From: Bacilli bacterium
Lineage (GTDB): Bacteria; Bacillota_I; Bacilli_A; RF39; UBA660
Reading direction: 5' to 3'
DNA length: 64,000 nt
NCBI GenBank assembly: GCA_017936845.1
Contig: JAGBES010000013.1
Coordinates: forward strand, 18,008 to 82,007
Both the position numbers and the translations under genes were made by a program. The notes under the pieces are model-generated. The model worked only from the letters and a program-made list of their open reading frames with translations. It was not told the origin of the DNA and searched no databases. Below, one piece after another: positions 59,021 to 64,000 of this stretch (position 1 is the first letter of the stretch; the number at the start of each line of letters is the position of its first letter).

Positions 59021-60295
59021 ATGAATATAATAGATATAATAGTAAAGAAAAAAAATAAACAAGAATTGACATATGAAGAAATAAAATTTTCTATTGATAA
59101 TTATTTAAACGGTAATATAAAAGACTATCAAATGAGTTCTTTATTAATGGCAATTGTTATAAATGGAATGACAGAAGAAGAAACAATTAATTTAACTAAA
59201 ATAATGATAGATAGTGGTGAAGTAATAGATTTATCACAAATAAATGGTAAAGTAGTAGATAAACATTCAACAGGAGGAGTAGGAGATAAAACAACATTAG
59301 TATTAGTACCTTTAGTTGCATCATTAGGAATTAAAGTAGCAAAGATGAGTGGAAGAGGGCTTGGCCATACAGGAGGAACAATAGACAAGTTAGAATCAAT
59401 AGAAGGATTTAACGTAACATTAACAGATGAACAATTTATAGAACAAGTAAATAAAATTGGTTGTGCTATAATAAGTCAAACAAAAAATATTGTTCCAGCT
59501 GATAAAAAACTATATGCTTTAAGAGATGTAACTGGTACAACAGAATCAATTCCCTTAATTGCATCAAGTATTATGAGTAAGAAAATAGCATCAGGAGCTA
59601 ATTATATTGTAATAGATGTAAAAGTAGGAAATGGAGCTTTAATGAAAAATATAGAAGATGCTAAGACACTTGCAAATCTTATGATAAAAATAGGAAATGC
59701 ATATAATAGAAAAGTTGTATGTGTACTTTCAAATATGGAAGAACCATTAGGTAAAAATATAGGAAATGGTCTAGAAGTACAAGAAGCAATAGAAACATTG
59801 AAAGGAAATGGACCAGAAGATTTAACAGAACTTGTTTTAACATTAGGTTCTATTATGACATCTTTATCTCTTAATATAACAGAACAAGAAGCAAGAGATT
59901 TATTAAAAGAAAACATAAAAAATGGAAAAGCACTAGAAAAATTTAAAGAACTTGTAATATCACAAAATGGTAATATAGAAAATATAAATATAGAAGAAAA
60001 TAAAATATCGATTAAAAGTACAAAAGATGGATTTATAAAAAAGATAGATGCATATAAATTAGGTGAAATTGCTCGTTTAATAGGAGCTGGTAGATTAAAT
60101 AAAGAAGATGAAATAGATTATGGGGTAGGATTAGTTTTAAATAAAAAAGTAGGAGATTTATTATTTGAAAACGAAGAATTATTAAAAATATATTCAAATA
60201 ATAAAAATATTGAAATAAAAAAAATAACAGATTGTTTTGAAATTGTAGAAGAAAAAATAGAAAAACCAAAACTAATTATTGAAATAATAAAATGA
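59021..60295 (+). CDS. pdp: Pyrimidine-nucleoside (thymidine) phosphorylase
   Basis: DKHSTGGVGDKTTL, SGRGLGHTGGTIDKLESI. Start moved to ATG 59021, after GGTGAT. This is the only TGA stop noticed in the window. Confidence 0.9.
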   Translation: MNIIDIIVKKKNKQELTYEEIKFSIDNYLNGNIKDYQMSSLLMAIVINGMTEEETINLTKIMIDSGEVIDLSQINGKVVDKHSTGGVGDKTTLVLVPLVASLGIKVAKMSGRGLGHTGGTIDKLESIEGFNVTLTDEQFIEQVNKIGCAIISQTKNIVPADKKLYALRDVTGTTESIPLIASSIMSKKIASGANYIVIDVKVGNGALMKNIEDAKTLANLMIKIGNAYNRKVVCVLSNMEEPLGKNIGNGLEVQEAIETLKGNGPEDLTELVLTLGSIMTSLSLNITEQEARDLLKENIKNGKALEKFKELVISQNGNIENINIEENKISIKSTKDGFIKKIDAYKLGEIARLIGAGRLNKEDEIDYGVGLVLNKKVGDLLFENEELLKIYSNNKNIEIKKITDCFEIVEEKIEKPKLIIEIIK

Positions 60296-60375
60296 TGTAA
60301 ACATTTGTCAAATTTTTTGGAATTGCTTGAACATAAAAAGAATATGTTATATTATCATAATAGGTAGGTGATAAT

Positions 60376-60570
60376 ATGATATACCCTTCTATAGATAAAT
60401 TATTAAATGAAGTAGGTTCTAAATATTTACTTGTTAATATAGTTTCAAAAAGAGCTAAAGAACTAATAGAAAAAAAGAATTATCAAATGAAAGAAAGTGA
60501 ATATAAATCTACTAAAGAAATAGGAAGAGCTTTAGAAGAAATATCAAATAACTTAATACATTTAAATTAA
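60376..60570 (+). CDS. rpoZ: DNA-directed RNA polymerase subunit omega
   Basis: PSIDKLLNEVGSKYLLVNIVSKRAKEL. 64 aa. Confidence 0.85.
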   Translation: MIYPSIDKLLNEVGSKYLLVNIVSKRAKELIEKKNYQMKESEYKSTKEIGRALEEISNNLIHLN

Positions 60571-60630
60571 TGTATTTTTTTTGTATACAAATTTTTGTTC
60601 GTGTGATATAATTTAATTGGAAGTGATCTA

Positions 60631-61386
60631 ATGAAAATAGAAAAAATAAAAAAACTAAATAATGGAAAATATAAAATAGAACTTGATAATAAAGAAAAGA
60701 TAACAACTTATGAAGATGTTATATTAGAAGAAAATATTCTATTCAAAAAAGAATTAAATAATGAAATTATAAATAAAATAAACATTAAAAATGATTATTA
60801 TAAAATATATAGTAAAACATTAAAATATATAATGACTAAATTAAGAAGTGAAAAAGAAATAAACATATATTTAGATAAACAAAACATAGAAAAAAAAGAT
60901 AAAGAAAAAATAATTAAAACATTAAAAGAAAATAGATTACTTAATGATAATAATTTTTATATATCATATATATCAGATAGATTAAGACTCTCAAATGATG
61001 GGCCAGATAAAATAAAAAATGATCTACTAAATCATAATATTGATATAAATAAAATAGAAGAAGAATTAGATAAATATAATGATTTAATATATGAAAAATT
61101 AGAAAAACTAATTATAAAAAAAACTAAACAATTAAATAAGTATTCTGAATATATTTTAAAACAAAAAATAAAAGAGTATTTTATTAATTTAGGATATAAA
61201 AAAGATATGATAGAAGAGTTATTAAATAATATTACAATTGATAATGATGAAGCTTTAAAAAAAGAATACGAAAAACAATATAACAAATTAAGTAAGAAAT
61301 ATAAAAATGAAGAATTAACTTACAAAATAAAAAATAATTTATATCAAAAAGGATATAAATTAGATGAAATAAATAAAATTATATAG
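60631..61386 (+). CDS. recX: RecX-like regulatory protein
   Basis: N-terminal KIEKIKKLNNGKYKIELDN..ITTYEDVILE, then repeated three-helix modules (..EKEINIYLDKQ.., ..IIKTLKENRLLND..). Confidence 0.55.
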   Translation: MKIEKIKKLNNGKYKIELDNKEKITTYEDVILEENILFKKELNNEIINKINIKNDYYKIYSKTLKYIMTKLRSEKEINIYLDKQNIEKKDKEKIIKTLKENRLLNDNNFYISYISDRLRLSNDGPDKIKNDLLNHNIDINKIEEELDKYNDLIYEKLEKLIIKKTKQLNKYSEYILKQKIKEYFINLGYKKDMIEELLNNITIDNDEALKKEYEKQYNKLSKKYKNEELTYKIKNNLYQKGYKLDEINKII

Positions 61387-61468
61387 AAAATATTTCTTTT
61401 AAAAAATATCATAAAATTTGATTTATTCAAATTTTTTTTGTTATAATATTCAAGAATAGAGGTGTATT

Positions 61469-63646
61469 ATGAAAAAACCAGAATTACTTTCTCCTGCTGG
61501 AAATATGGAATGCTTGAAAGCTGCTATAGAAGCAGGATGCGATGCTGTTTATTTAGGTGGAAAACATTTTGGAGCTAGAAATTATGCAGATAATTTTACC
61601 GATGAAGAAATGATTGAAGCAATTAACTATGCTCATTTATATGGGGTAAAAATATATGTTACCGTAAATACTATGATAACAGAAGAACTAGTAAAACCAT
61701 TTATAAAATATGTAGAATTTTTACATAAAAATAATGTTGATGCTTTAATTATGCAAGATATAGGTATGATTGATTATGTAAGACAAGTTTATCCAAATTT
61801 AGAAATACATGCATCAACACAAATGCATATTCATAATTTAGAAGGAACAAAATTTGTAGAGAATCTAGGTATAAAAAGAGTGGTGCTTGCTCGTGAAACA
61901 AATATAGAATTGTTAAAACAAATAAAAAAGAATACTAATATAGAACTTGAAATATTTATACATGGAGCTTTATGTGTTTCATATTCGGGACAATGTCTAA
62001 TGAGTAGTTTAATAGGTGGAAGAAGTGGAAATAAAGGAACATGTTCACAAAGTTGTAGAATGAAATATGATTTAATCCATGAAGGAAAAAAAGTAAATGA
62101 AGATAATTATTTACTTAGTATGAAAGATTTAAATACTTTAGAATATATTGGAAATTTAATAGATATAGGAATAGATAGTTTAAAAATTGAAGGAAGAATG
62201 AAAAGTAAAGAATATGTATACTTAGTTACAAAATTATATAGAAAAGCAATTGATTCTTATATAGAAAATAACAAAATAGAAATAGATAATAAAGAATTAG
62301 AAAATCTAAAAAAAATATTTAATCGTAAATATACAAAAGGATTTTTAAACAATGAAGAAAATAATAATATAACAAATGAAGAAAGACCAAATCATTTAGG
62401 AATAAATTTAGGTAAAGTAGTAAGCGTTAAAAATAACTATGTAAAAATAAAATTAGAAAATGAACTAAATTTAAAAGATGGTATAAGAATACTAAATAAA
62501 ATAGAAGATGTTGGAACAACTATTTATAAAATGAAAGTAAATAATAATTATGTAGAAAGCGCTAAAGTTAGTGATATAGTAGAACTAAGATTTGAAAAAA
62601 AATTACATCTAGAAGAAAATGATATTGTTTTAAAAACAACAGATTATAAATTAATAAATAATATAGATGAAGAAATAAATAAAAAGAAGAGAAAAATAAA
62701 AATAAATGGTAGTATTAAATGTAAAGTAAATGAACCATTAGTATTTAAAATAAATGATTCAGTACATAATATAGAAGTAAAAAGTGAATATATAGTAGAA
62801 CAAAGTATAAAAAGTCCAACAACTAAAGAAAGAATAGAAGAACAATTAAAAAAACTAGGTAATACAGTTTACGAATTTGATAAATTAGATTTAATGATAG
62901 ATGACAATATATTTATAAATATTAAAGAATTAAATGAAATAAGAAGAGAAGCTATAGAAAAATTAAATAATAAAAGATTAAAAAAACGAGAATATATAAA
63001 AAATGAATATAATAATGAAGTCATAGAATATCAAGATACAAAAGGTTATACAGCATATATTCATAATATGGATAATTATATGAAAGCCAAAGATAAAGAA
63101 GAAATAATAACAGATGATATAGATTTATATAATGAAATAATGTTAGATAATAAAGTAACATTAAAAATACCTAGAGTAATATATGAATATCCTAATTATA
63201 ATGTAAAAGTATTAGTAGGAGAATATGGTTCATTAAATATATATAAAGATATGATAAGTGATTTTTCATTTAATGTTGCTAATTCATACTCAGTAGCATT
63301 CCTTCATAATCATAATGTAAAAAGAGTTACTTTATCATTAGAACTAAATGAAGCTCAAATTAAGAATTTAATAGAAAATTATAAAGAAAGATATAATAAA
63401 TTACCTAATTTAGAAGTTATAGTATCATCAAGACCTGAAGTAATGGTATCAAAATTTAATTTAATAAAAAAACATAATATACCTAATAGTGAAAATTATT
63501 TAAGAGATAAATTTAAAAATAATTTCAAAATTAAAATAAAAGATAATTTAATGTATATATATCATTATAGAAAAATAGAATTAGAAGATCATAAAAAATT
63601 ATTTGATATGGGAATTAATAGATTAAGATTAGAATATGATGAATAA
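61469..63646 (+). CDS. Peptidase U32 family protein (long form with C-terminal extension)
   Basis: KPELLSPAGN, DAVYLGG, EIHASTQM, HGALCVSYSGQCLMSS, LKIEGRMK. Confidence 0.85.
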   Translation: MKKPELLSPAGNMECLKAAIEAGCDAVYLGGKHFGARNYADNFTDEEMIEAINYAHLYGVKIYVTVNTMITEELVKPFIKYVEFLHKNNVDALIMQDIGMIDYVRQVYPNLEIHASTQMHIHNLEGTKFVENLGIKRVVLARETNIELLKQIKKNTNIELEIFIHGALCVSYSGQCLMSSLIGGRSGNKGTCSQSCRMKYDLIHEGKKVNEDNYLLSMKDLNTLEYIGNLIDIGIDSLKIEGRMKSKEYVYLVTKLYRKAIDSYIENNKIEIDNKELENLKKIFNRKYTKGFLNNEENNNITNEERPNHLGINLGKVVSVKNNYVKIKLENELNLKDGIRILNKIEDVGTTIYKMKVNNNYVESAKVSDIVELRFEKKLHLEENDIVLKTTDYKLINNIDEEINKKKRKIKINGSIKCKVNEPLVFKINDSVHNIEVKSEYIVEQSIKSPTTKERIEEQLKKLGNTVYEFDKLDLMIDDNIFINIKELNEIRREAIEKLNNKRLKKREYIKNEYNNEVIEYQDTKGYTAYIHNMDNYMKAKDKEEIITDDIDLYNEIMLDNKVTLKIPRVIYEYPNYNVKVLVGEYGSLNIYKDMISDFSFNVANSYSVAFLHNHNVKRVTLSLELNEAQIKNLIENYKERYNKLPNLEVIVSSRPEVMVSKFNLIKKHNIPNSENYLRDKFKNNFKIKIKDNLMYIYHYRKIELEDHKKLFDMGINRLRLEYDE

Positions 63647-63683
63647 AAAATAAAAATTTATAGAAACTAATATTAGGTGATAC

Positions 63684-64000
63684 TATGATATTAGTTTATA
63701 TAGAGGATAAAAAATTACTTACAAAAATAGTAAGTTATTTAGAAAATGCTTCTTTATCTTATACAACAGATTTAAAAGTAGAATATGAATATCTTTTAAT
63801 AGCAGAAGCAAATAACAAAATAATAAAACTATTAGATAATATAGATCTAAAAACAAAAAAAATAATATTTATATCATATTTAGAAGAAGAAAATATCCTT
63901 AAAAATAAAATAAGTGATAAATTGAATAAAATATTAAATAAATGTTATAAAATAATAGTTAGTTTACCATCAATAAAAAACATATTGAAAAAAATAACAA
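63684..64000 (+). CDS. Hypothetical protein, 3' end cut by window edge
   Basis: GGTGAT RBS 3 nt before the ATG. The frame stays open to the end of the window. Confidence 0.4.

Noticed and set aside
60293-60369. TGA recoding (genetic code 4), because only one TGA stop (pdp) was seen among about 65 genes against many TAA and TAG stops
   Set aside because: No CDS is interrupted by an in-frame TGA, and Trp is encoded by TGG throughout. Reading through the pdp TGA adds 26 meaningless codons that overlap the rpoZ promoter. TGA scarcity fits the extreme AT bias.

Overview
Very AT-rich (about a quarter G+C by eye) chromosomal segment from a low-GC, endospore-forming Firmicute. Supporting markers are spoIVA, spoVIF, spoVS, a YjcZ-type gene, three T-box leaders and teichoic-acid genes. 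No finer taxonomy can be supported. Almost all genes are on the + strand and the standard genetic code fits. The window holds about 65 CDS. (1) A cell-envelope glycopolymer locus lies in two blocks: GT4/GT2 transferases with Wzy and Wzx at 1-6.7 kb, and three TagF-family enzymes plus TagD at 11.2-17.5 kb. They are separated by ftsY-ylxM and a monocistronic HerA-like ATPase. (2) Housekeeping genes include glyQS, sepF-divIVA-ileS, tgt, nrdDG, nfo, ldh, def, ftsW/spoVE, pyk, a GH31 hydrolase, leuS, trmB, sufU/sufB, ssb, pdp, rpoZ, recX and a U32 peptidase. No rRNA, tRNA, CRISPR array, transposase or integrase was seen. Best leads: (a) nrdD stops before its glycyl-radical motif, which sits in a separate 57-codon ORF with its own AGGAGG. 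(b) A 1164-aa protein combines a complete type IV pilin domain with about 1000 aa of GLUG-like repeats and three near-identical 218-bp intragenic repeats. (c) The glycine T-box leader is only about 120 nt with an apparently truncated Stem I. (d) Unknown ORFs sit between T-box leaders and glyQS or leuS. (e) Orphan HerA-like ATPase. (f) Orphan MazF/PemK-like gene. (g) Translationally coupled Zn-ribbon/TPM pair. (h) sufU and sufB are separated by two unknown genes. All family calls come from motif recognition by eye; no database search was run.
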